Part shown: piece after piece, positions 9,902 to 19,674 of the stretch
Numbering within the stretch: position 1 is the stretch's first letter
Layout: each line of letters opens with the position of its first letter
Source of the DNA: an uncultured Verrucomicrobiae bacterium
GTDB lineage: Bacteria; Verrucomicrobiota; Verrucomicrobiia; Chthoniobacterales; JAFAMB01
Length of the DNA stretch: 64,000 nt
Assembly: GCA_963813025.1 (NCBI GenBank)
Contig: CAWEXO010000013.1
Span: 192,001 to 256,000, forward strand
Direction of reading: 5' to 3'
The notes under the pieces: generated by a model
The model's database searches: none
What the model was told of the DNA's origin: nothing
The model's input: the letters and a program-made list of their open reading frames with translations, nothing else
Translations under genes and position numbers: made by a program

Positions 9902-10743
9902 CTCGACACACGGACTTTCTCGACCGGAAACCGGTGTGATGCGGAGCCAAGTACGAACGCGTTTTTCTGAAGTTTGATGGATCGAACGTCCAGGCGCGAG
10001 TTATCCAAAATAACCGCGCGCACCCCTAAATGCGGCAAAAAGCTGCCGCAGTTGATCACGATACGAGAGGCCTTTCGCCAGACGCCCGGCCAATGGGTAT
10101 GACCAATGATAATGAACCGGGCTTCCGGTCGAAAAACCCGGGCAAGGTCAGCGGTAAGACCGGGCGTCTTCCACCAGGCACGAAGAATCAGGAAAGGCCG
10201 GGTCGGCGGCCAGAGATGGCGCGCCATCAGCTTAATAAAAGGCAATGCTCCGCTCGGGGTCGGCTTTTCGATCATTTGCAGACGAAGCGCGGTGCGCTTG
10301 CTGGCCAAGAGCCGTTTTTCAAAATCCGTGAACGCATCCGGTCCGAGGCCTTCCAGAATTTCCTGGTGCGTTTTCAGGTATTCTTTTGCCCGGCGACTCC
10401 ACGGCGCTACTCCTAGAAAGAGTATGTCCCCGTGCGTTACCAGAACTGCGCCGTTCTCGAGATCGAGATGATTGAGTTCCGATATGGTAGGATCATGATT
10501 GCCGTTCAAGAAGATCGCTTTTACCCCAAGTGAGTGGCAGAGGCGGCCCAATTCAGCGGCTAGACGGCGGCCCAAAGGTCGATCAGCGCTGTGCCTCATC
10601 TCCGAAGTATCGCCATTGAAAATGACGGTACGAAAACCGGCGGCCAGCAGTGGAGCGAGTTGTTCCGGGCTCTTAATCCGCGATGCCCGGTGGCCGAGGT
10701 GAAGGTCGGAGAGGAGCAGGGTCGGATCGGTTGGCGTTAGCAT
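9898..10743 (-). CDS. metallophosphoesterase (LpxH-like calcineurin fold)
   Basis: SDLHLG, NGD, GNHD, THGD, GHTH motifs. Confidence 0.85.
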   Translation of the reverse strand: MLTPTDPTLLLSDLHLGHRASRIKSPEQLAPLLAAGFRTVIFNGDTSEMRHSADRPLGRRLAAELGRLCHSLGVKAIFLNGNHDPTISELNHLDLENGAVLVTHGDILFLGVAPWSRRAKEYLKTHQEILEGLGPDAFTDFEKRLLASKRTALRLQMIEKPTPSGALPFIKLMARHLWPPTRPFLILRAWWKTPGLTADLARVFRPEARFIIIGHTHWPGVWRKASRIVINCGSFLPHLGVRAVILDNSRLDVRSIKLQKNAFVLGSASHRFPVEKVRVSS

Positions 10744-10776
10744 TGAAATTCAGCGATTATCCTCCCTACTAAAATC

Positions 10777-11211
10777 TCAACGGATATTGACCTCGCCAAA
10801 AAGACTGATTGCCACCTTTCGATCGTGCGGTTGCCGGCGATGCTCAAAAACAAAAATACCCTGCCAAGTCCCGAGCAGCAGTTTACCTCCCGAGACCGGG
10901 ATTGATTCCGAACTGCGAGTGAGGACCATTCGGAGATGGCTTGGCATGTCATCCGCTCCCTCGGCGCGGTGCACAAAGGCAATTTCCTCCTCGGGAACGA
11001 GGTGATCGAAATAGGTCTCCAGATCGATTCGCGCGGTTCGATCGGCGTTCTCAAAAAGAATCAGGCTCGCACTGGTGTGCCGGAGAAAGACAGTCGCTAG
11101 GCCCTCCGTAATCCCGCTCTGCCGCACTCTCTGCGATACCTGGTCGGTGATTTCGTAAGTGCCTTTGCCCTTTGTTCGAATCACAAACTCGGAGTTATTC
11201 ACCGTCAGCAT
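10777..11211 (-). CDS. yjbQ: YjbQ/UPF0047 family protein
   Basis: HTSASL..ENAD, DDMPSHLR, LGTWQGIFVFEHR. Confidence 0.92.
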   Translation of the reverse strand: MLTVNNSEFVIRTKGKGTYEITDQVSQRVRQSGITEGLATVFLRHTSASLILFENADRTARIDLETYFDHLVPEEEIAFVHRAEGADDMPSHLRMVLTRSSESIPVSGGKLLLGTWQGIFVFEHRRQPHDRKVAISLFGEVNIR

Positions 11212-12325
11212 AAAGAAATTCGACCAGCCGGAGGGACTTCCGGTTTGGCAGAACCCCAGGCTCCATCTGGTTCATGACATACGCAAACGTGATCCTGTTT
11301 TCGGGGTCAGCAAAAGCGTGGCTTCCGCCGGCGCCAGGTTGACCGAACGCCTGCAGCGAAGGACCGAAAAGCTTTCTCTCTTTGCGGGTTGCTGCGACCG
11401 GATCTTTCATGAATCCCGCGCTGAAACCCGTGGAGATCCGCAAAACGCGGTCTATACCGGTGACGACTAAACCGCGGCAAAGCGCCGGTTCTTCCAGGAT
11501 ATCGGGTTCGCAAAGAGCATGGTAAAATCGACAGAGAGACTCGGCCGTCCCGATTCCGCCAAAGGATGGCAGGGCCATTTGTCGAATGGCCGGATCATTC
11601 ATCAGGGAAGGAACCTCCAAGCCGGCCGGGGTCGAGAAGGCTTGCCGCGTGAGCGAGTGCGGTTGAGCGTACTGGGCGTAGAAAGGGGCTTCTTCGGGGG
11701 AGGTTCGATTGTGACGAGGCGCGTAGATTGGGGCTACCTCGCCGGCTAAGGCTGAGGGAATCCCGATCCAGAGATCAAGGTTCAGCGGATCGCCAAATAT
11801 CTGGCGGAAATAGGCGCTCACTCCTGTCCCGCCGGTAATCCGCCGAAGCAATTCGTCCACCAGAAAACCGAAGGTGCGCGCGTGATAACCGTGCGCTTTT
11901 CCCGGCGCCCAAAATGGTTCTTGAGCAGCGAGGGCGCCCACCACAGCGGAACGGTCCAGGACCGGGATCGTGGAGTCGCGGAGAGCGGGCATGCCGGCCT
12001 GGTGAGAGAGGATTTGTTGCAGGGTGGTGCCGTCCTTGCCCGCCCTCGCGTACTCCGGCCAGAAACGCTTGACCGTCTCCGTGATTGAGATTCGGTGCTG
12101 CCTGCAGGCATGGAGGAGGCACCCCGAGGTCAATCCTTTGGTAGCCGACCAGATCAGGACGCGCGACTGGGAGGTCCACGGAATCGTTTTCTCCCGGTTT
12201 TGAAACCCTCGCCCCAGACTCAGTACTTCCTGGCCATTGTTCCAGATGGCGACTGAAGCCCCGAGCTCCTCCTCTCCCGAAAAATTCTCCGCAAAGGCGG
12301 CACTCAGGCCGGCGAGATCCATCAA
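11195..12325 (-). CDS. serine hydrolase (beta-lactamase family esterase)
   Basis: SATK (SxxK), LSHQAG, GYHART, FGQPGAGGS. Confidence 0.9.
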   Translation of the reverse strand: MMDLAGLSAAFAENFSGEEELGASVAIWNNGQEVLSLGRGFQNREKTIPWTSQSRVLIWSATKGLTSGCLLHACRQHRISITETVKRFWPEYARAGKDGTTLQQILSHQAGMPALRDSTIPVLDRSAVVGALAAQEPFWAPGKAHGYHARTFGFLVDELLRRITGGTGVSAYFRQIFGDPLNLDLWIGIPSALAGEVAPIYAPRHNRTSPEEAPFYAQYAQPHSLTRQAFSTPAGLEVPSLMNDPAIRQMALPSFGGIGTAESLCRFYHALCEPDILEEPALCRGLVVTGIDRVLRISTGFSAGFMKDPVAATRKERKLFGPSLQAFGQPGAGGSHAFADPENRITFAYVMNQMEPGVLPNRKSLRLVEFLYADGE

Positions 12326-12789
12326 AGCGAGTCCTGGATGGATGCGAGATCGGGATCGTTTCGCGCCGCATCGCGGAAAGCTTTATTCAGGCGAAAACTG
12401 GCGCGAAGATAGGCTCGCGCCTGATCCAGATTTCCGAGAATGGCATCGTAGCAGCCGAGATTGTAGTAGTACAACGGCTCGTCCAGAAGACAGGGCGGTC
12501 CTGCTAACAACACTTCTTTGGCATCAGCGGTTTGTCCTAACTCATGTAAACAGAACGCCGCGTGAATGAACCCGAAACTTTCCTGCGGACAGAGTTCGCC
12601 AAGACGTTCACTCAGCTCGAGAGCGGTCCGCCATCGACGCAGTTGCAACAAAATTTTGACGCGGGTTTGCAGAGTCAGGCTATTCTGCTGATCCTCTGGC
12701 GAGAGTCGATCGAGTTGGGCGAGAGCGTCTTCCTGCATGCCCAACTCAGCGTAGCCTTCCGCCGCGCGGATTTGCTTTTCGAGTGTCAT
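12322..12789 (-). CDS. tetratricopeptide repeat protein
   Basis: AEGYAELGM, YYNLGCY, ARNDPDL TPR-type end motif. Confidence 0.8.
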   Translation of the reverse strand: MTLEKQIRAAEGYAELGMQEDALAQLDRLSPEDQQNSLTLQTRVKILLQLRRWRTALELSERLGELCPQESFGFIHAAFCLHELGQTADAKEVLLAGPPCLLDEPLYYYNLGCYDAILGNLDQARAYLRASFRLNKAFRDAARNDPDLASIQDSL

Positions 12790-12791
12790 TT

Positions 12792-13238
12792 CTAATGGGC
12801 GGAGGTTGTCTCCTGGTCGATCATCGCGATCCGGTGGACGTGACGCCCACCTTCAAACGGAGTGCTTAACCAAGTTCGCACGATGCTCAAAGCGAGCTCC
12901 TCCGGAATTGTCCGCTGCCCGATGGATAAGACATTGCCGTCGTTGTGCGCCCGGTTCCAAACGGCGACCTGTTCCGTCCAGCACAGTCCGCAGCGGACGC
13001 CTCGCACCCGATTTGCGACGATTGCTTCGCCGTTGCCGGAACCGCCGAGAACAATCCCCCGCTCAACTTCCCCCCGCGCCACCGCCAGGGCCACCGGTCG
13101 GATAAAGAGTGGATAATCGACCGGTTCTTCCGAGTCTGTGCCAAAATCGGTCACCTCGTGTCCCTCACTTTTCAGAAATTCTTTGATCTTCTCTTTATAC
13201 CGGAATCCTGCGTGGTCGGAGCCGATCGCGATTTTCAT
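12792..13238 (-). CDS. rpiB: ribose 5-phosphate isomerase B
   Basis: IAIGSDHAG, VDYP, GSGNGE, HNDGNVL, FEGGRH. Confidence 0.95.
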   Translation of the reverse strand: MKIAIGSDHAGFRYKEKIKEFLKSEGHEVTDFGTDSEEPVDYPLFIRPVALAVARGEVERGIVLGGSGNGEAIVANRVRGVRCGLCWTEQVAVWNRAHNDGNVLSIGQRTIPEELALSIVRTWLSTPFEGGRHVHRIAMIDQETTSAH

Positions 13239-13299
13239 GGTATGATTCTAGGAGCTTCAGAGTTTAGAAGTCTAGGACTTTAGGAGTTGCAGGAGTCTC

Positions 13300-13464
13300 G
13301 GAAAGCGGCGGGAGCGATAGAAGCGGGTCAGCGGAGGGAAGTAGTCGATCACTTGGCAGATTGGAGCGGCAGCTGCCGCCGATCGATTTGATCACTTGTT
13401 CCTTCGTGCTCTTTTGCACTACATCCCGCCGCTGAGCCCTCTCCCACCGCTTCCTCCGCTTTCC
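13300..13464. repeat. long imperfect intergenic inverted repeat
   Basis: GGAAAGCGG/CCGCTTTCC outer arms, TCAGCGG/CCGCTGA and GGGAAGTAGT/ACTACATCCC inner arms. Confidence 0.6.
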
Positions 13465-13473
13465 CCGAAGTCC

Positions 13474-14496
13474 TCACCGCCTCAGCTCGCCCGGAACAAT
13501 GGGCATTTTCAGGATCTCAGTTCCGCGGATCACTGTCAGGATGGATGAAACGCCGATCTGCTCGCCGACCAGCACACGATGCAGTTCGTCGATGGAGTCG
13601 ATCGCCTGGCCGTTGAACGCGACGATGATATCGCCCGCTCTAACCCCAGCTTCGCGGGCCGGTCCTGCTTTTTCCACTTCGGCCACCAGAACGCCTCGAT
13701 CCGGGGAGAGTTGATGGAATCGGGCGATTCTCGGATGGATCGAGGCGGTCTGTCCCGCCAAGCCGAGATAGCTCCGTCGAATCGTGCCGTCTTTGATGAG
13801 CCAACCGGCTACCAGCTGGGCGGTATTTGAAGCGATGGCAAAGCAGAGCCCCTGGGCCGGAAGGATAACCGCCGTATTGACCCCAATGACTTCGCCTCGG
13901 CTGTTGACGAGCGGGCCGCCGGAATTGCCTGGATTAAGAGCGGCATCGGTTTGGAGGATGTCATCCATCAACCGGCCGGACTCGGCTCGCATTGAGCGTC
14001 CGAGCGCACTGACGACACCGGCCGTGACGGTTTGTTGGAAACCGTAGGGACTACCGATCGCCACCGCGATCTGGCCGACGCGGAGTTGCTTGGAATCGGC
14101 GAAGCGCAACGCCGGAAGGGTTGAGCCATCGACACGGAGGACCGCCAGGTCGGTATCGGGATCTTCACCTACGAGCTTGGCGCTCATCTCGCGGGTATCC
14201 GGCAGCGTCACCTCAATCGTCTTGGCCCGATGCACGACATGGCTGTTGGTCATGATGAATCCGTCCGGGGCGATGACGAAGCCGCTGCCTCCGCCCTCGC
14301 CCTGGCCGTGTCCGCCGCTCTGCCTCACGCGGATATTCACTACCGCGGGAGCAACAGCGGCGGCCACGGCGCTGACGGTCTGCGAATAGGCATCGAGCAG
14401 CGCCGGATCGTTCGCGACCGAGACCTGGCTTGATTCTGACCGCTGAGGGCCGGGCGCCAAAATTGGTGTCCAGGAAGCTATAAAATCGGAAAGCAT
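13474..14496 (-). CDS. HtrA/DegP-like trypsin protease with one PDZ domain
   Basis: TNSHVV, DLAVL, TDAALNPGNSGGPL, C-terminal PDZ. Confidence 0.93.
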   Translation of the reverse strand: MLSDFIASWTPILAPGPQRSESSQVSVANDPALLDAYSQTVSAVAAAVAPAVVNIRVRQSGGHGQGEGGGSGFVIAPDGFIMTNSHVVHRAKTIEVTLPDTREMSAKLVGEDPDTDLAVLRVDGSTLPALRFADSKQLRVGQIAVAIGSPYGFQQTVTAGVVSALGRSMRAESGRLMDDILQTDAALNPGNSGGPLVNSRGEVIGVNTAVILPAQGLCFAIASNTAQLVAGWLIKDGTIRRSYLGLAGQTASIHPRIARFHQLSPDRGVLVAEVEKAGPAREAGVRAGDIIVAFNGQAIDSIDELHRVLVGEQIGVSSILTVIRGTEILKMPIVPGELRR

Positions 14497-14524
14497 ACGC
14501 GTAAGATTACGCGAAAACCTAGTA

Positions 14525-14543
14525 CGTAACTGTAAATGTTACA
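14525..14543. promoter_or_regulatory. candidate Rrf2 operator upstream of the HtrA-like gene
   Basis: CGTAAC-N7-GTTACA palindrome; same geometry as 15130-15154. Confidence 0.55.
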
Positions 14544-14706
14544 AATCGATCGTTGCGGCCATTGGTTTCGAGCAGCTGCCGGCGCAATATACGTTTGTCC
14601 CTGTGCCGGCACGGAGGCCAGAGACACATTGCGAGACAGCTTCTAACGGTGACCTCTACCAAAACCGCTCTCTAGAAATACTGGTATTGCGAAGGCGGTC
14701 CAGCTC

Positions 14707-15123
14707 TTAACTTTCCTTCAGAGATCGCAGGACTTCTGCTAAAGTGATGTCCTCCAGCTCTTTCCTGATCGAACAACGCAGCCGCCCTTGAATCCCTTCC
14801 ATCACTTGCCCGATGCGTTTCCCGACAGGACACCGGTGAGAGGGACGTCTCGGGTGAACCCTAAAGAATTCCGGTTCCGCTACTGCCGCATGAATCTGAA
14901 AAAGAGAAACCTTCTCGGGCCGCACCAGCAGAACGGCGCCGCCGTGGGGGCCTCGCCGGGTCCGGATTAAGCCCGCTTGTTGAAGTTCGATCAGAAGCCG
15001 GCGGATCACGACCGGGTTAGTGTTCACCGTCGCAGCTAAACGCGCCGACGAACAACATTCCTTTTTTTCCAACGCGAGCACCGCCATCACGTGGACGGCA
15101 AACGCAAACTGGCAGCTCTGCAC
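14707..15123 (-). CDS. Rrf2 family transcriptional regulator (YwnA/HypR-like)
   Basis: FAFAVH, VNTNPVVIRR, RGPHGG, CPVG; GTG start at 15123 inferred. Confidence 0.9.
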   Translation of the reverse strand: MQSCQFAFAVHVMAVLALEKKECCSSARLAATVNTNPVVIRRLLIELQQAGLIRTRRGPHGGAVLLVRPEKVSLFQIHAAVAEPEFFRVHPRRPSHRCPVGKRIGQVMEGIQGRLRCSIRKELEDITLAEVLRSLKES

Positions 15124-15129
15124 TGCCCG

Positions 15130-15154
15130 AAATGTAACCCGCCGGATTACATTT
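15130..15154. promoter_or_regulatory. candidate autoregulatory Rrf2 operator
   Basis: AAATGTAAC-N7-ATTACATTT palindrome immediately upstream of the inferred start. Confidence 0.6.
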
Positions 15155-15238
15155 GACAATCTTGGAGTCCGCCAGACTCCTTATCGAGATAAGTAGCGTA
15201 GACGGAAGCCGGGCGGAGCACGCGGGACCAGCTTCTTT

Positions 15239-16621
15239 CTACCGCTGATCTTTCTTTGGACCAGGGATAGGCGAATCGGAGCCGCGTGGTGAAGGTGAAC
15301 CGGCCGGCGCAAGAGATGACAAAGGGGTCAGTGAAGCTACCGTTTCCGGGCTGCCACTAGGGCGCGGTGAGGGCGGGACGGTGATGTCGGCCCAATCCCA
15401 CAGCCGGCCGGTCGTTCCTCCGATCTCCTGCAGGAGCTGCGCACAACGTTCATGCATCCGTTTGAGGTCAGGCGGCCCGGGCGGTGAATCGGCGCTTCCC
15501 GGGAAAATGAGGTAAGTTATATTCAGGTTCGTTTCCGGACGATTATAGGCGCTGGCTTTCGGGTCCAGCTCGCTGGCGATCCGCAAGGATGCCTCGCCCA
15601 TTTTGTAAGAGGGCCCTACATCGCCAAGCAATGCGGGGTAAAGAATGCCCCGGTAAAGGACGACTGCATAGTCGCCAAGTTTCGGCGTGAAAGCAATCGG
15701 TGGCTGGCGCAGCATGAAACCGGGTAACACGATAAAAGGGTCGGTTTTGGAAATCAGGAAGCTGTACTTTTTCAAGTCGGCGATCTCACGGTTCAACGCG
15801 CTGATTTGCTCCTGAAGAACACGGTGCCGCTCCGGTGTGATTGTACGGTCAGCGAGTTCAGTTTGGAATTGTTTGAGTTTGTTTTCTCGCTCCGGAATAA
15901 ACTGGCTGGAAATGGATGTTCGCTTCGGCCAACGATAACTCGTGAAGGGCTGAAAGTTCAGAGAGCTTCCGTCGACCACCATGTTGCGGTCGGAGTCGGA
16001 ACCGTCGGCATTCACGTCCATGTCACTCTGGATGACGAGCACTTTTCGAGCGGCTGGCTGGCTCGTGACTTCGAGGATCGTGTTGCAATCGAAGAAATTG
16101 TGCCGCGAGAGCAATTGCTCCAGCCGGGACAGATTATGGTCGAGCTGGTTTACCTTAAGTTCGTAAAGGGCGTGAAAGAAGCTGGAGACTTTTGCTTGCG
16201 GGAGCGCGGCCGGAAGGCCGGGAAGGAGCTCTGACAGCCGGGGGTCAGACGTTTGCAATTGCTCGAGAGAGTGTGCCGCTGCCGGTACGCGCACGCTGAC
16301 CTCGAGATTGAGAGCATAAGCTTCCGGAACAGGTCGTTCGAGGACGGCGAGATCGCCCTGACTGCTGGAGACTTTGGCGTGAACATCAAAGCCATTGAAC
16401 AGCTTGGCGGTTTCCATCCTCGAATAAGGAATAAAAGTCTCGGGCAAGGGCCTTGGCGCAGGGGTGATGCTCGGCGTGGGCGAGGGAGGCGGTCTCGGCG
16501 GTTGCGGTCCGGGGCAGCTCGCGGTGACCAGGGCTGCCAGCACAGCGAGTGGTCCAATCGCGCAGCGTTTGTGCGGTAGGAGCTTGTTCTTAAATAAATG
16601 AAGCCCAACGAACTGTTTCAA
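15239..16621 (-). CDS. GH75 (chitosanase-like) domain exported protein
   Basis: DMDVNADG, PFIVLP, LGDYAVV, GDVGP, GEAS; Pro-rich linkers; true start probably downstream of ORF start. Confidence 0.75.
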   Translation of the reverse strand: MKQFVGLHLFKNKLLPHKRCAIGPLAVLAALVTASCPGPQPPRPPPSPTPSITPAPRPLPETFIPYSRMETAKLFNGFDVHAKVSSSQGDLAVLERPVPEAYALNLEVSVRVPAAAHSLEQLQTSDPRLSELLPGLPAALPQAKVSSFFHALYELKVNQLDHNLSRLEQLLSRHNFFDCNTILEVTSQPAARKVLVIQSDMDVNADGSDSDRNMVVDGSSLNFQPFTSYRWPKRTSISSQFIPERENKLKQFQTELADRTITPERHRVLQEQISALNREIADLKKYSFLISKTDPFIVLPGFMLRQPPIAFTPKLGDYAVVLYRGILYPALLGDVGPSYKMGEASLRIASELDPKASAYNRPETNLNITYLIFPGSADSPPGPPDLKRMHERCAQLLQEIGGTTGRLWDWADITVPPSPRPSGSPETVASLTPLSSLAPAGSPSPRGSDSPIPGPKKDQR

Positions 16622-16729
16622 ATTCTTCTCTCAAAGAAAGCAGGAGAACTCTGCGGCGTAGCCGAGAATTCTGCTGCCACAGCTTGCATCGCTCGGAAAT
16701 CTCCTCAGGGCTTTGGGAGCGCTGCAGGC

Positions 16730-17038
16730 TTAGTGAAACCACGCAGAGAATGTCCACACCAGGGAAACTACACTCAGGACAATCATCGGAACTGCCGGCA
16801 TCGGTTTTCGCTTGGTCAAGTAAGATCGTCCAAAGTGGATCAACAGGACGAGCGAGATCAGCAAGGCCAGGACATAGGCGATCCAGGATGGGACCAGGAA
16901 CGCGGCGATCACCAAGAGCAACGCGGAAACGAGGCCGGCGATGAGAGAGGCGCGGCTACCGGCGCGCACAAACCCAAAAAATCCTCCGACTAGCGAGATC
17001 GCCGCGAAGCACAAGTAGAAGATAGCGACCGCCACCAT
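16730..17038 (-). CDS. TMEM14 family membrane protein
   Basis: GGFFGFVRAGSRASLIAG and KPMPA motifs, four hydrophobic segments. Confidence 0.85.
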   Translation of the reverse strand: MVAVAIFYLCFAAISLVGGFFGFVRAGSRASLIAGLVSALLLVIAAFLVPSWIAYVLALLISLVLLIHFGRSYLTKRKPMPAVPMIVLSVVSLVWTFSAWFH

Positions 17039-17062
17039 GGAGAAGTGCTTGTCGGGCAGCAG

Positions 17063-17923
17063 CTAGCTTGCCTTGGTTTTGGCGTATTCGGCATATTCGG
17101 TCGCCGGCAGGACGGGGAGCCGTTTCACCTGAGCTAGGTAAATAAGACGTTTGACGAACATCGGCAAAAAGGCGACCGACGTCATCGCGAAATTGACGAA
17201 CATTCCGGGAACGATACGTGCGCGGTCTTTGCGCACGGCATCAAGCGCTTGACGCACAACCTCCTGAACCGGTACGATCATGAAATCGGGAGCCATATTC
17301 GTCGACGGGCTGTCGTCCCGGGTGGATTCCCGGAAAAACTCGGTTGGCACCGGCCCCGGACAGAGCACGGTGACAGAGATATTCGCATTACGCAACTCGG
17401 CGCGAATCGCTTCGCTGAAACTCGTAACATACGCCTTTGTCGCCGCATAAACCGCCATATTCGGCAATGGCAGCAAGCTGGCGACGGAACTGACGTTCAG
17501 GATGGCGCCTCCGCCCGCCTTGTGCATTGCGGGTAGGATTCGAAAAGCCAGGTAGGTCAGGGCCGTGATGTTCACCTGTAACATCGCACTGATTCGGTCC
17601 CATGATCCCTGCGCAAACGGGCCGTGGTCGCCTATGCCGGCGTTATTTATCAGGAAATCGACAGAGAGCCCGCTCTCGTCCAGCCAATCGCAAAACCTCT
17701 CGAGCTGAGCCTGGTCGCGCAGGTCTAGTTGCCGGCGAAAAATCTCGATCTGCGGATTGATCACCTTCAGCTCAAGTTCGAGCGCTTCGAGGCGCTCCGA
17801 TCGTCTGGCCACCAGGATCATCGTGCCGACGACTGGGGCAAGTTGCCGGGCAAACTCACGGCCGATCCCGGCCGAGGCGCCGGTGATCAGAACGGTGCAC
17901 TCGGCAAAGTAGCTGATACTCAT
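17063..17923 (-). CDS. short-chain dehydrogenase/reductase
   Basis: TGASAGIG, NNAG, YAATK, PGPV.TEF. Confidence 0.93.
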   Translation of the reverse strand: MSISYFAECTVLITGASAGIGREFARQLAPVVGTMILVARRSERLEALELELKVINPQIEIFRRQLDLRDQAQLERFCDWLDESGLSVDFLINNAGIGDHGPFAQGSWDRISAMLQVNITALTYLAFRILPAMHKAGGGAILNVSSVASLLPLPNMAVYAATKAYVTSFSEAIRAELRNANISVTVLCPGPVPTEFFRESTRDDSPSTNMAPDFMIVPVQEVVRQALDAVRKDRARIVPGMFVNFAMTSVAFLPMFVKRLIYLAQVKRLPVLPATEYAEYAKTKAS

Positions 17924-18139
17924 GAGCTTTCTTCTTAAGTTGGATCTTGGCTGCCGTCAATGAGAGGGCCTCGAATGTGTCCGATGGCAGCTGGCATCGT
18001 CCGTAGTCTGGTGGTCGCTCATTTCCAGGCGAAGCCCGCAGGTCAATACTTTCGAACGTGTCTTTCGTCCTTGTTCCGGGAGGGCGAAGATTCACCAGAT
18101 TTGATTGCGGTTACGCCGCATTTTGAAAGATCTTACAAG

Positions 18140-18598
18140 GTGCACGTCCTTTTTGTGATCCTCATTTTGTCTACCGCGGCGCTTTTGGGTAACGAGTTCA
18201 GTATTGCGGTTTTTATTCACCCTGCATTGTCGCGCACCCAGCATGAGAGTTTCCTTCCGGCGATCCAGGCTTTTGCTGCTTTGTTCGGAAAGGTCATGCC
18301 TTTCTGGATGGCCGCAACTCTCCTGCTGCACCTGATTCTCCTGGGCCTCACCTGGCACTGGCCCGCACTTCCAACGGTTCTATTGCTTGCTGCGACGTTG
18401 CTATGGTTTGCTATTATTCTTTTCAGCGTCTGTGGGCCAGTGCCAATCAACGACCGGGTGAAGGCTTGGGACATCGGGAAGCTTCCACCAGATTGGCAAG
18501 AGCAAAGACAGCTCTGGGATCGCCTCAACGCAATTCGGGTCGTGATGATAGCATCAGCGTTTCTCGCGCTGATTGTCGGTTACAAAGTGTTTGTGTGA
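18140..18598 (+). CDS. DUF1772/anthrone oxygenase family membrane protein
   Basis: VPIN, PPDW..R..WDRLNAIR; GTG start inferred. Confidence 0.75.
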   Translation: MHVLFVILILSTAALLGNEFSIAVFIHPALSRTQHESFLPAIQAFAALFGKVMPFWMAATLLLHLILLGLTWHWPALPTVLLLAATLLWFAIILFSVCGPVPINDRVKAWDIGKLPPDWQEQRQLWDRLNAIRVVMIASAFLALIVGYKVFV

Positions 18599-18611
18599 GC
18601 TATGCTTCGGT

Positions 18612-18929
18612 ATGAATCCTTCTGCACCGAAGAGGATTGAAGTGGTTGGAGGAGAACTAGCCGTCGTCTGGTCCGATGGCACCGAATCGTACCTGCCCTT
18701 GACGTTTCTGCGGCGCCGCTGCCCGTGCGCGGTTTGCCTGGGAGAGCAAGACCTTGTCGGCCAGGTTCACGGCGGCGGAGCAGCTCAACCAAGTGACAAA
18801 AGCTTTGCGCTGGCTGGCTACGAGTTTGTTGGCGGGTACGCGATTCGCCCGCGTTGGCAAGACGGCCATGACACCGGCATTTTTTCGTTTGATTACCTTC
18901 GTGAACTGGCGGCGAACCGGTCGGACTGA
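18612..18929 (+). CDS. DUF971 (GBBH N-terminal-like) protein
   Basis: WSDG, LRRRCPCAVC, VGGYAI..W.DGH.TGIF. Confidence 0.88.
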   Translation: MNPSAPKRIEVVGGELAVVWSDGTESYLPLTFLRRRCPCAVCLGEQDLVGQVHGGGAAQPSDKSFALAGYEFVGGYAIRPRWQDGHDTGIFSFDYLRELAANRSD

Positions 18930-19017
18930 GAACACAAGGATCGCATAGGTCCTATGAGTCCCACAGGACCCATGGATCATGCGTAGCGGCCTGCAACTGG
19001 CACTGACACTGCTATCT

Positions 19018-19586
19018 CTAAAGCCGTGCGGAAACCAACTCCTTAAGCTTGAGCATGCCCCGACGAATTCTGGCTTTTACGGTGCCGAGAGGCTGCTGAA
19101 GCTCCTGCGCAATCTCAATTTGGGTCAGACCGGAAAAGAACGCGAGTTCGATAGCTCCCCGTTGTTCTTTGGAAAGCTGCAGTACCGCGGAGTGGATAAT
19201 GTGACTCTTTTCGATCGCGTCGACCTCATCCGCTGAATCACGCACGGCAATCTGACCGTTCGCCTGCGATTCTTGTTCGATCTGGTCTTTCAACCGGAAT
19301 CGGCGCTGAACCGAGCGGAGCCGGTCGATTGCCTTGTTCCTAGTCAGCGTCATGGCCCAGGTCAGCGGTCTGCCGCGAGCCGAATCATAAAGCTTCAGAT
19401 TTGAATGAAGACGTCTTGTAAGACGTCCTCTGCTTCCCGTTGATCACCCAGAACCTGCAGAGCCGCACAAAACAGCGCTCCCGCAAGGCGGTCGTAGAGC
19501 TGCTCAAAACCGCTTCGGTCCCCTTGACCGACACGCGCCAGCAACTCATTCTCGACTTCCTGATCGTTCAGTGAATCCTTGCGCAT
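19018..19586 (-). pseudogene. frameshifted ECF sigma-70 factor (SigK-like)
   Basis: AEDVLQDVFIQI* then KLYDSARGRPLTWAMTLTRNKAIDRLR ... PLGTVKARIRRG in another frame; break near 19395. Confidence 0.88.
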
Positions 19587-19674
19587 GCCGAGAACCCTTT
19601 CGCAGGCAAATTCAAGCTAACGGACCGGTCAATAAACGCAAGGCGTGAGCCGCTTCGCGCAAAGTTCTATCCCT

